Positions 43,881 to 51,665 of a DNA stretch of 64,000 nt are shown here, one piece after another; within the stretch, counting starts at the first letter, position 1; the number at the start of each line of letters is the position of its first letter. The position numbers and the translations under genes are program-made. The notes under the pieces were generated by a model, which saw only the letters and a list, made by a program, of their open reading frames with translations, was not told the DNA's origin and did no database searches. Source of the stretch: Nitrospirota bacterium (GTDB lineage: Bacteria; Nitrospirota; Thermodesulfovibrionia; Thermodesulfovibrionales; JdFR-88); the NCBI GenBank assembly GCA_021813405.1, contig JAKAKS010000024.1, forward strand, positions 53,642-117,641, given 5' to 3'.

Positions 43881-44530
43881 CAAAAATCAACGTAGTCTCA
43901 CGCATACTGGAGGCAAACGACAGGCTGGCAGCTGAAAACCGCGGTCTTTTTAAGGGGCTCTTTGTTTTAAACCTGATGTCTTCCCCCGGCGCCGGCAAAA
44001 CCACGGTGATAGAGAAGACAATCCAGGCCCTAAGCGGCAAATTCAGGCTGGGAGTTATAGAAGGCGATATCCAGGGCACAAGCGACGCCGAGCGCATCGG
44101 CGCGCTTAATGTGCCGGTTGTGCAGATAAACACCGGCGGCGCATGCCACCTGGACGCAAATATGATAAGAGAGGCCTTGCCCGCCCTGCCGATTTCCGGG
44201 CTGGACCTGCTGATAGTGGAAAATGTTGGAAATCTTGTATGCCCGGCGGAGTTTGATGTGGGTGAGGACGCCAAGGCAATGCTCCTTTCAATAACCGAGG
44301 GGGAGGATAAGCCGCTTAAATATCCGCTTATGTTCCAGCAGTCCAAGGCCCTGCTGATAAACAAGATGGACCTGGCGCCCCATCTGGATGTGGACGTTGC
44401 AAAGATACGGAAGGACTCACTCTCGCTCAATGCCGGCCTGAAGATGTTTGAAGTATCGGCCAAAAACGGCGCCGGCATCGACGGGTGGGCAAGCTGGCTG
44501 GCGGATAATATCCGGGCAAAGAAAAAGTAA
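43877..44530 (+). CDS. hypB: Ni-enzyme maturation GTPase
   Basis: ATGA overlap with hypA. P-loop SPGAGKTT, GGACHLD and NKMDL motifs. No His-rich stretch. Confidence 0.9.
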   Translation: MTKINVVSRILEANDRLAAENRGLFKGLFVLNLMSSPGAGKTTVIEKTIQALSGKFRLGVIEGDIQGTSDAERIGALNVPVVQINTGGACHLDANMIREALPALPISGLDLLIVENVGNLVCPAEFDVGEDAKAMLLSITEGEDKPLKYPLMFQQSKALLINKMDLAPHLDVDVAKIRKDSLSLNAGLKMFEVSAKNGAGIDGWASWLADNIRAKKK

Positions 44531-44554
44531 GAGGAAAAGAGGAGAACTTTCAGC

Positions 44555-45547
44555 TCACTTGCCTGATGCGGCGGCCTCCGTCAGCACCACCTTTTTCCAT
44601 TCAGGGCTGGGGTTATACCAGGTGATTTTTGGCGCCAGCTCATCGGTTTTTGCCCCAAGGTCCTTTTCATAGACAATCCCCTGCTGGTTTACCATAAAGG
44701 TCATTATGCCTGAAACCCCGTATCTGGCGGGATACGCAACCAGGCCGAAGCCGCCCGTCATCCTGCCGTTTACCACGTAATCCATCTTACCGCCCGGCGC
44801 ATGAGCGCCCTGGCCTTTAAGTATCTTGAAATAGTAGCCAAAGTATGGGACTGGCTTGGCCGCGTCCTTTTCATTGCAGGCCGCACGGGCAAAAAATGCC
44901 CCCAGTGGGCTGTTGCCCATGCCACGCCAGTACAGGCCGTCCCTGCTGCCTTTGTGGCTTACAAAGAGCTGGGCATATTGCAGGCGGCCGTTTGTATTGA
45001 GGGTTGCCATGGCGTATTCGCGCTGCGCCTTCACGTAGGACAGCGAGGCCTGGATTGTATTGAGCTCGTTTCTGCCTATCCTGCGGTTTAAAATCTCCTG
45101 CCTGCCTTCAGCCGTGAGGAAAACCCATGATTTCCCGGTCTGTACAATCGGTATCGGGAAAGTCCACCCATCCTTGCCGACAATTGCCAGGACTGTTTTT
45201 TTGTTTAGTTTCCTGAACTTCACGCCTTGCATGGCTGACTTTGTAAACCGCGCACGGGCGTAAGTATCCGCAACGGCATCACCGGACGATACGATGTCTT
45301 TTCCAGCCGGGCCAAAAATTGCCAGCAGTTTATCTGTGTTATTCCGGGCGGCTGCATTTACCAGCGCATCGAAGGCTTTTTGGGGTGATTGAAACGTTAA
45401 TTGCTTTTGATTTCCAGAAGGATTGGGTTTGGCATAGGCGCTTACGACCGAGATGCCGGGAATACCGGAGATGCCGTAAGCGGCGATAACCGCGGCAACT
45501 ACCAGCACCGTCCGCATAAGCCAGCCCGTTATCTTATTTACGCGCAT
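44555..45547 (-). CDS. DUF2950-like secreted protein
   Basis: Signal anchor, then a pattern recalled from DUF2950 (FQSPQKAFDALV..., GYYFKILKGQG..., FGLVAYPARYG..., TFMVNQQG.VYEKDLG). Confidence 0.55.
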   Translation of the reverse strand: MRVNKITGWLMRTVLVVAAVIAAYGISGIPGISVVSAYAKPNPSGNQKQLTFQSPQKAFDALVNAAARNNTDKLLAIFGPAGKDIVSSGDAVADTYARARFTKSAMQGVKFRKLNKKTVLAIVGKDGWTFPIPIVQTGKSWVFLTAEGRQEILNRRIGRNELNTIQASLSYVKAQREYAMATLNTNGRLQYAQLFVSHKGSRDGLYWRGMGNSPLGAFFARAACNEKDAAKPVPYFGYYFKILKGQGAHAPGGKMDYVVNGRMTGGFGLVAYPARYGVSGIMTFMVNQQGIVYEKDLGAKTDELAPKITWYNPSPEWKKVVLTEAAASGK

Positions 45548-45578
45548 TTACTGCGTTCCTCCTTGAAAATGGCCATAA

Positions 45579-46832
45579 CTACCGGCGGAAACCGCCACCG
45601 CCGCGGGAAATGCCCCCTCCGCCACCAATAAATCCACCGCTGCCGTGAAAGCCCTGGAACCCTCCGCCACCGCCGCGGGTAATGCCCCCTTCGCCGCCCG
45701 GAGCGCTGAAAGTTCTGCCTGGGGTGCTTGGGGTAAATGTTCTGCCCGGGGCATACGTCCCGCCGGGGCTGAAATTCCTTGAGGGTATCTGGCCCGCGCG
45801 TGAACGGCTCTGGAATCCGCGTGTGCTTGCAGCGCCTTCAAACCGGGTGCTGCCCCAGCGCTGGAACACGCTGGACCTGGTCCCTGCCGGGGGCCGCGTT
45901 ACGCCATAGCCCCTGTACGGGCCGCGCATTTCGGGGCCGGTCCGTATTGATGGGCTGGTTCCCGTGCTTCTTCTGAGTATCGATTGCGCCCCCCTGCGCG
46001 CGGCAGGGCCCATATACCTTGGACGCCCGGTGAATGTGCCGCCTATGGCCCTGGTTGTGGGGTCTATGCGGGTAATTCGGCCTGTATCGGGGTCGCGGAA
46101 ATGATTGCTGAAATGGTGGCGATGGTGGTGAAATTCACCATACTCGTCAAAATCAAAATCCACAAGCATGTAGTACCCAGGGAACCAGACGTTCCACCAC
46201 CAGAAAGGATACGGGACCCAGGTGTAAAGGTAGGCGTAATCAGGGGGAGGCGAGTAATACGTGACCACTGGCGGGCCTTGCGTATAGTAATAGTTGTTTA
46301 TGGCAGAAGCGCCAGGGGTAGTCTCTTCTGATGAAGGAGTTTCTGTTGATGACGGGGCTTCTGTCCCGGCCCCGGCCGTGCTCACAGGCAGATTGAACTC
46401 GTCAAGCGTTTTCTGAAAGGCCGCCAATGCCTGGTCTCGGTTCATTGATATCTTGCCGGAATCGGCTGCCGCCTCAATTGAATCCTGAAGCTCTCCGGTT
46501 ACATCCGGGGTAACCGGGTAATCCGCTATCCAGCCGTTTTTAGGGCTGATGCCGGCGGCTGTAAGCGCGTCTTCTGCTTCCGCCTCATTTTTAGTATTGC
46601 CAAGATTGAGGATGTCCAATAATTTTACGGCAAGGTCGCCCTCACGGGTAAGCGGCTGGGCCACGGGCGCATTGCTGTCTGCGCCGCCTCCAGTATTGTC
46701 TCCATTGCTGTATGCCGTGCCCTGGTTTTCCTGGGCCGCGGCCGTTCCAGTTAAAAGCCCGGGCAGAACTCCGGTTATGGAAACAGATAAGGCCATGGCA
46801 ATTGCGGCAATTCCTGAATGGAAAACCCTCAT
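45579..46832 (-). CDS. Secreted protein with an aromatic/Pro core and a Gly/Arg/Ser-rich disordered C-terminus
   Basis: Signal peptide; PPVVTYYSPPPDYAYLYTWVPYPFWWWNVWFPGYY; a His cluster HHHRHH; a C-terminal RGG/GGGG tail encoded by a 32-nt direct repeat (45592-45623 and 45664-45695). AAAGAGG Shine-Dalgarno sequence. Confidence 0.6.
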   Translation of the reverse strand: MRVFHSGIAAIAMALSVSITGVLPGLLTGTAAAQENQGTAYSNGDNTGGGADSNAPVAQPLTREGDLAVKLLDILNLGNTKNEAEAEDALTAAGISPKNGWIADYPVTPDVTGELQDSIEAAADSGKISMNRDQALAAFQKTLDEFNLPVSTAGAGTEAPSSTETPSSEETTPGASAINNYYYTQGPPVVTYYSPPPDYAYLYTWVPYPFWWWNVWFPGYYMLVDFDFDEYGEFHHHRHHFSNHFRDPDTGRITRIDPTTRAIGGTFTGRPRYMGPAARRGAQSILRRSTGTSPSIRTGPEMRGPYRGYGVTRPPAGTRSSVFQRWGSTRFEGAASTRGFQSRSRAGQIPSRNFSPGGTYAPGRTFTPSTPGRTFSAPGGEGGITRGGGGGFQGFHGSGGFIGGGGGISRGGGGFRR

Positions 46833-46924
46833 TTCTTATGCCTCTTTATTAATTTTACCACCGGGGCCTTATTAATGTAATAAAACTCTGCCGGGAACCG
46901 TTTTACGCCTTTACGCCAACCTGC

Positions 46925-46973
46925 CATGACATGAGATTCATGAAACGTGTCATATGGACCATTTCATGCTTGG
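46925..46973 (-). promoter_or_regulatory. Shared upstream motif, copy Y
   Basis: CATGACATGA (46925-46934), GTGTCAT (46947-46953), ATTTCAT (46961-46967) and GCTTGG. Homologous to 24907-24960. It lies about 90-140 nt upstream of the gene starting at 46832. Confidence 0.5.
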
Positions 46974-47041
46974 CCATGTTATAAAAGGGCGGTATGCCTG
47001 CTCATGCAGGCCGCGGGCCTGCATCGCTCTTTGAAAAGATT

Positions 47042-47073
47042 GATAAAAAATCCGGAATGCTTGTGTCCGGATT
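47042..47073 (-). terminator. Rho-independent terminator about 350 nt downstream of pheT
   Basis: On the minus strand: AATCCGGA, a 9-nt loop, TCCGGATT, then TTTTATCA. Confidence 0.55.
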
Positions 47074-47423
47074 GAACGGATTTGAACAGCAGAACCCATA
47101 AAATGCCTGAAAATCAGCAACTTGCGGGTTTTGGATTGAACATAAAAAAAGGGCTCTCCAGGATTTGCAAAAGCACTTCGTTTGTTGGCCGGGTTTGCCT
47201 TACCCCGCGGGAAAAATAGAGAACAGATTGGGGTATTGGTAAAAAGAATCAAGAGTTCCAGAAGCGAAGCCTCTGTGCCCGGCTTTCGCCTGGGTGACTG
47301 CCTGGGGAGCGTGCCGTATACCCGCAGCAATTCCGGAAGAGTCAAAAAAGGCAACACGAAACGGCAAAAGACAAGGTGAAAAACGATTTTTCCCCGGGAT
47401 GGCGGGATGGCAAAAAACGAAAA

Positions 47424-49496
47424 CTATTCCCTGAGGATGGCTCCGGTTTTTTGGGCCAGATACTTCAACAGCTCTTTATGGGCCTCGTCCGTCTCCAACT
47501 CGGTAAGCGTCCTTTCAGCTGAACGGTAGCGGATATTAAAGGCGATGCTCTTTTTGCCTTTGGGCACGTGCTCGCCCTTGTAGTAATCAAATACGGCCAC
47601 GCCTTCTATGAAGGGGGAAGGGTACTGGCGTATAAGCTCCGCGATGCTTTCGGCTGGCGCCGTTTCATCCACTACAAGCGCAACATCCCTTTCGATATAT
47701 GGGAACTTTGGTATAGGACTATAGGTCTTTTTGTCCGGAACGGCTGGAAATATCACGTCAAGGTCAAGCCCGAACAAGGTTATCTCTTCCTTGCTTTTTA
47801 TATCGAACTTCTCTTTTACGGCAGGGGAGAGCACGCCTATGAAACCGGCACTCTTGCCCGCTATAAGAAGGGACGCAGATTTGCCGGGATGCAAAAACGG
47901 CTCGTCAGGTGAAGCATAAGCGCGGTCTTTCTGGTTTATGCCCAAATCGTCCAGAATGGCCTCAACAGCGCCCTTGGCCCTGTAATATTCATCCGCGGAC
48001 TGCTTCCAAAGGGAATAGGCGCCCCGCTCGAATGAGATGCCGGCGGCCCTCAGCATCTCGGCCGGAAGCTCGCCCGGCCTTCTGGCGATGAATATGCGGC
48101 CCGTCTCGAATAGTTTTACATCCCGCACACCTCTGGCCATGTTGTGCTTCAGGTTATGAATCAGCCCGGGAACAAGCATTGTCCTTAGCAGGGACTCCTC
48201 TTTATTAAGCGGGTTCATCAGCGAGACTGTCCGCCGCCTGGCATCGCTTTCCGGCAGGCCAAGCAGGTCCAGATCCGCCCCGTTCATGAACGTAAAATTT
48301 ATGGCCTCGAAGAACCCGGACCGCCTCAGAGACTCCTTTACCCTGGCATGGAGGGCTTGTGCCGGTTTTACTCCGCCGGCGGACAGGGGGGAATGCGGCA
48401 TTGACACCGGAATGTTTTCGTAGCCCCATATCCGCGCCACTTCCTCTGCAATGTCCGTTTCGGTGCGGAGGTCCGGCCTGTAAGAAGGGGGGGTGAGCAC
48501 GAATTCCTCACCGGCTTCCTCCGGGCTGAGCCCCAGCCTGCTGAAAATTGCGCCCATGGCTTGCCGGCCGATACCGGCGCCCAGCAGTTTGCTTATCTTT
48601 TCCGGCCTTGCATGTATCACGGGAGGCGTGAATTTTCCAGGATAGGCCTCTGTTATTACTGAAGCCTTGCCGCCAGCCAGTTCCGTGATAAGCCATGCCG
48701 CCCTGTCCAGCGCGAAGGGGATTATCTCTACATCGGCCCCGCGCTCAAATCTGTAAGAGGACTCTGATGCAAGCCCCAGGGCCTTGGAGGTCTTTCTGAT
48801 GGTCCGTGCGTCAAACCATGCGGCTTCAAGAAAGATGTTAGCGGTTGAATCGTCCACCTCGGTATATGCGCCGCCCATTATGCCGCCCAGTGCGATTGGG
48901 CCTTCCCCGTCCGCTATTACAACAGCATCCTCCGGCAGTTTTCTTTCCACGCCGTCCAGGGTCTTTATCTTGCGGTATATGTTATCGGCGGCATCCACTA
49001 TTACCTTGCCGTCGCGGATGGTATCCAGATCAAAGGCGTGCATTGGGTGGCCCAGTTCCACAAGCACGTAGTTGGTTACGTCCACTACGTTGTTTACGGG
49101 GCGTATGCCGTAAATCTCCAGCCGCCGCACAAGCCAGTGGGGCGACGGGCCGATGCGCACGCCGCGTATTTCCCTGCCGCCGTACCTTGCGCACAGCGAT
49201 GGTGCGCGCACCTCTACTGACAGCGCAGGCTTAAAAGAGGCATCCACATCCGAACGCGGCAGGCAGAAGGCCGCGGGGCCGTTTTTGCCGGTGAGCGCCG
49301 AAAGCTCCCTGGCAATGCCAAGTATGCTCAGGCAGTCCGGGCGGTTAGGCGTAACGTTTATCTCCAGCACGGTGTCGTCTTCCAGGTATTCGACCGCCTC
49401 CACTTCAAGCCCAGCCATCGTAAGCAGGCGCGCGATCTCCTGGACGCCCAGATCCAGTTTTATGAATTCGGCAAGCCAGTTGAAGGAGATGCGCAT
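47424..49496 (-). CDS. pheT: Phenylalanine--tRNA ligase beta subunit (short form lacking the N-terminal OB tRNA-binding domain)
   Basis: B1 N-terminus (MRISFNWLAEFI...MAGLEVE) runs directly into ...EINVTPNRPDCLS. B3/4, B5 and FDX-ACB-like C-terminal regions are present. 690 aa. Confidence 0.9.
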   Translation of the reverse strand: MRISFNWLAEFIKLDLGVQEIARLLTMAGLEVEAVEYLEDDTVLEINVTPNRPDCLSILGIARELSALTGKNGPAAFCLPRSDVDASFKPALSVEVRAPSLCARYGGREIRGVRIGPSPHWLVRRLEIYGIRPVNNVVDVTNYVLVELGHPMHAFDLDTIRDGKVIVDAADNIYRKIKTLDGVERKLPEDAVVIADGEGPIALGGIMGGAYTEVDDSTANIFLEAAWFDARTIRKTSKALGLASESSYRFERGADVEIIPFALDRAAWLITELAGGKASVITEAYPGKFTPPVIHARPEKISKLLGAGIGRQAMGAIFSRLGLSPEEAGEEFVLTPPSYRPDLRTETDIAEEVARIWGYENIPVSMPHSPLSAGGVKPAQALHARVKESLRRSGFFEAINFTFMNGADLDLLGLPESDARRRTVSLMNPLNKEESLLRTMLVPGLIHNLKHNMARGVRDVKLFETGRIFIARRPGELPAEMLRAAGISFERGAYSLWKQSADEYYRAKGAVEAILDDLGINQKDRAYASPDEPFLHPGKSASLLIAGKSAGFIGVLSPAVKEKFDIKSKEEITLFGLDLDVIFPAVPDKKTYSPIPKFPYIERDVALVVDETAPAESIAELIRQYPSPFIEGVAVFDYYKGEHVPKGKKSIAFNIRYRSAERTLTELETDEAHKELLKYLAQKTGAILRE

Positions 49497-50513
49497 CTAG
49501 AACTGCCCCAAAAACCGCAGATCGTTTTCGAAGAAGAGCCTTATGTCGTCTATCGAATACTTGATCATGGTTATTCTTTCTATGCCCATGCCGAATGCGA
49601 AGCCGGAATACTTTTCGGGGTTATGCCCCGCCATCTCGAACACTTTGGGGTTGACCATGCCGGCCCCAAGGATCTCTATCCAGCCGGAGCCCTTGCACGT
49701 TTTGCAGCCCTGTCCGCCGCAGAATATGCAGCCGATGTCCACTTCCGCCGACGGCTCGGTAAACGGGAAGTAGCTTGGCCTGAAACGCACCGGCACTCCC
49801 GTGCCGAAAAAGCTCCTCAAAAAGTTCTCCAGCACGGCTTTCAGATGGCTGAAGGAGATGCCCTCGTCCACCATAAGCCCCTCAATCTGATGGAACATCG
49901 GGGTGTGTGATATGTCCGCGTCGCACCTGTAAACCTTGCCCGGTGCTATGAACTTCAGCGGGGGCTTGCTCTTCTGCATTACGCGCACCTGCACCGGTGA
50001 TGTGTGGGTGCGCATGACAATCTCGTTTTCTATGTAGAAGGTGTCCTGCATGTCCCTGGCAGGGTGGTCCTTGGGGATGTTCAGGGCCTCGAAATTGTAG
50101 TAGTCCAGCTCAACCTCCGGTCCTTCCTCAACCGAAAAGCCCATGGAGATGAAGATGCTGGTAATCTCGTTTAGCACCTGAGTGACCGGATGGAGCTTGC
50201 CAGGCGCGCAGTAGCTTCCAGGCAGGGTTATATCGAGGGCCTCGGAGGCGAACTTTTCCTGGAGTTCCTTTTCCTTGAGGGCGGCGCGCTTAAGGCCTAT
50301 CTCACGTTCCACAAAGGCCTTGGCCTCGTTTATTACGCTGCCGGCCTGTTTCCGCTGGTCTGCGGGAAGGCTGCCCAGTTCTTTTATCTGGTTCGTGAGC
50401 AGCCCTTTTTTGCCGAGGTATCTTACCCTGAGGTCTTCAAGGCCAGGGATGTCTCCGGTCCGGTACAGTTCTTCAAGGAACCGTTCCCTTAAGGATGAAA
50501 GGTCGTCCATCAT
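49497..50513 (-). CDS. pheS: Phenylalanine--tRNA ligase alpha subunit
   Basis: Class II motifs (HPARDMQDTFY, FRPSYFPFTEPS, GFAFGMGIERI). Confidence 0.95.
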   Translation of the reverse strand: MMDDLSSLRERFLEELYRTGDIPGLEDLRVRYLGKKGLLTNQIKELGSLPADQRKQAGSVINEAKAFVEREIGLKRAALKEKELQEKFASEALDITLPGSYCAPGKLHPVTQVLNEITSIFISMGFSVEEGPEVELDYYNFEALNIPKDHPARDMQDTFYIENEIVMRTHTSPVQVRVMQKSKPPLKFIAPGKVYRCDADISHTPMFHQIEGLMVDEGISFSHLKAVLENFLRSFFGTGVPVRFRPSYFPFTEPSAEVDIGCIFCGGQGCKTCKGSGWIEILGAGMVNPKVFEMAGHNPEKYSGFAFGMGIERITMIKYSIDDIRLFFENDLRFLGQF

Positions 50514-50535
50514 TTGACGGCGTGAACCGTGCCTG

Positions 50536-50895
50536 TTAGGAGGCGAGCTTCTGCTTGGCGGTGTCTACCAGCTTGCCAAACCCCTGCGGGTCGTTTATGG
50601 CCATGTCGGCCAGCACTTTCCTGTCCAGCCCGATTCCGGATTTCTTCAGGCCGCTGATGAACCGGCCATATGTAAGGCCCTGCGCTCTTGCCGCGGCGTT
50701 TATGCGGATTATCCAGAGGGAACGGAACTCCCTTTTCTTCTTTTTCCTGTCTGCATAGGCGTGCCTGAGCGCCGTGTCCACGGCCTCTGTGGCTATACGG
50801 AACAGGCGGCTCCGGGCGCTGTAAAAGCCCTTGGCAAGCGCCAAAACCTTCTTTCTTCTTCTTTTTGTTTTGAAACCGCCTTTTGCTCTAGGCAT
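50536..50895 (-). CDS. rplT: 50S ribosomal protein L20
   Basis: [18 protein letters not shown]... typical L20 sequence. Confidence 0.95.
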   Translation of the reverse strand: MPRAKGGFKTKRRRKKVLALAKGFYSARSRLFRIATEAVDTALRHAYADRKKKKREFRSLWIIRINAAARAQGLTYGRFISGLKKSGIGLDRKVLADMAINDPQGFGKLVDTAKQKLAS

Positions 50896-50909
50896 TTCTT
50901 AAAAACCTC

Positions 50910-51104
50910 CTACGCGTTCAGCAATTTTTTTATGTTCTTTGCTTCCTGGCCAACGACTATGCCGCTCTCCCTCAGGCCCCTTTTCCTCTTCCTGGGCTTG
51001 CCTGTAAGGAGGTGGCTTTTGTTAGCCTTGTGTCTTTTGACTTTGCCTGTGCCGGTAAGGCCGAACCTCTTGGCCGCCCCCCTGTGGCTTTTCTGTTTTG
51101 GCAT
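50910..51104 (-). CDS. rpmI: 50S ribosomal protein L35
   Basis: [14 protein letters not shown]... typical L35 sequence. Confidence 0.95.
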   Translation of the reverse strand: MPKQKSHRGAAKRFGLTGTGKVKRHKANKSHLLTGKPRKRKRGLRESGIVVGQEAKNIKKLLNA

Positions 51105-51163
51105 CTTAGCCTTCCTCCTGAAAACTATTTCACTGCGCCGCGGCCGCGTTCTGCGGCTTCCAT

Positions 51164-51661
51164 CTATTTGGGGCCAACCACCATTGTAATGTGATTGCCC
51201 TCCAGCCTTGCAGGCTGCTCAAGCACGTACTTGCCGGGCAGAAGCGTGGTGATTTTTTCAAACACCTTCATGCCCAGTTCGGGCCTCGCGTTCTCCCTGC
51301 CCCTGAAATACATCATCACTTTGGCCTTGTGGCCTTCGTCCAGGAACCTTCTTATGTTCCTGATCTTCAATTCGAGATCGTGTGCTTCAATCCGGAGCCG
51401 GAGCTTGACCTCTTTCAGGTCCGTGGTCTTCTTGTGAGACGCTTTTTTGCCAAGCTCGTATTTATATTTACCAAAATCCATTATCCGGCAAACCGGCGGC
51501 GCCGCCTGCGGAGCAACCTCCACCAGGTCCAGCCCGGTTTCCCTGGCCGCCCGGAGCGCATCGGGCACTGTCATAATGCCAAGCTGGCCTCCATCGGCCC
51601 CGATAACACGGATTTCTCTGGCCCTTATCTTTTCGTTTACTCTAATGTCTTTTTGTTGTAT
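51164..51661 (-). CDS. infC: Translation initiation factor IF-3, apparently starting at ATA
   Basis: The ORF-track ATG (51574) truncates the N-domain. The frame stays open upstream and reads [29 protein letters not shown], beginning at ATA (51661-51659) 4 nt after the thrS stop. A GGAGGTGA Shine-Dalgarno sequence overlaps that stop. Confidence 0.75.
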   Translation of the reverse strand: MQQKDIRVNEKIRAREIRVIGADGGQLGIMTVPDALRAARETGLDLVEVAPQAAPPVCRIMDFGKYKYELGKKASHKKTTDLKEVKLRLRIEAHDLELKIRNIRRFLDEGHKAKVMMYFRGRENARPELGMKVFEKITTLLPGKYVLEQPARLEGNHITMVVGPK

Positions 51662-51665
51662 CTTC

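Noticed and set aside
47069-47141. CRISPR-like short repeats (GGATTGAAC at 47069 and 47133)
   Set aside because: There are only two 9-nt copies, no regular spacing, and no cas genes. One copy is part of the terminator stem region.
46950-47357. 135-aa minus-strand ORF in the pheT-downstream spacer
   Set aside because: Its composition is unusual (Arg/Phe/Pro-rich with no domain-like pattern). It has no Shine-Dalgarno sequence. It reads through two strong hairpins, including the terminator.
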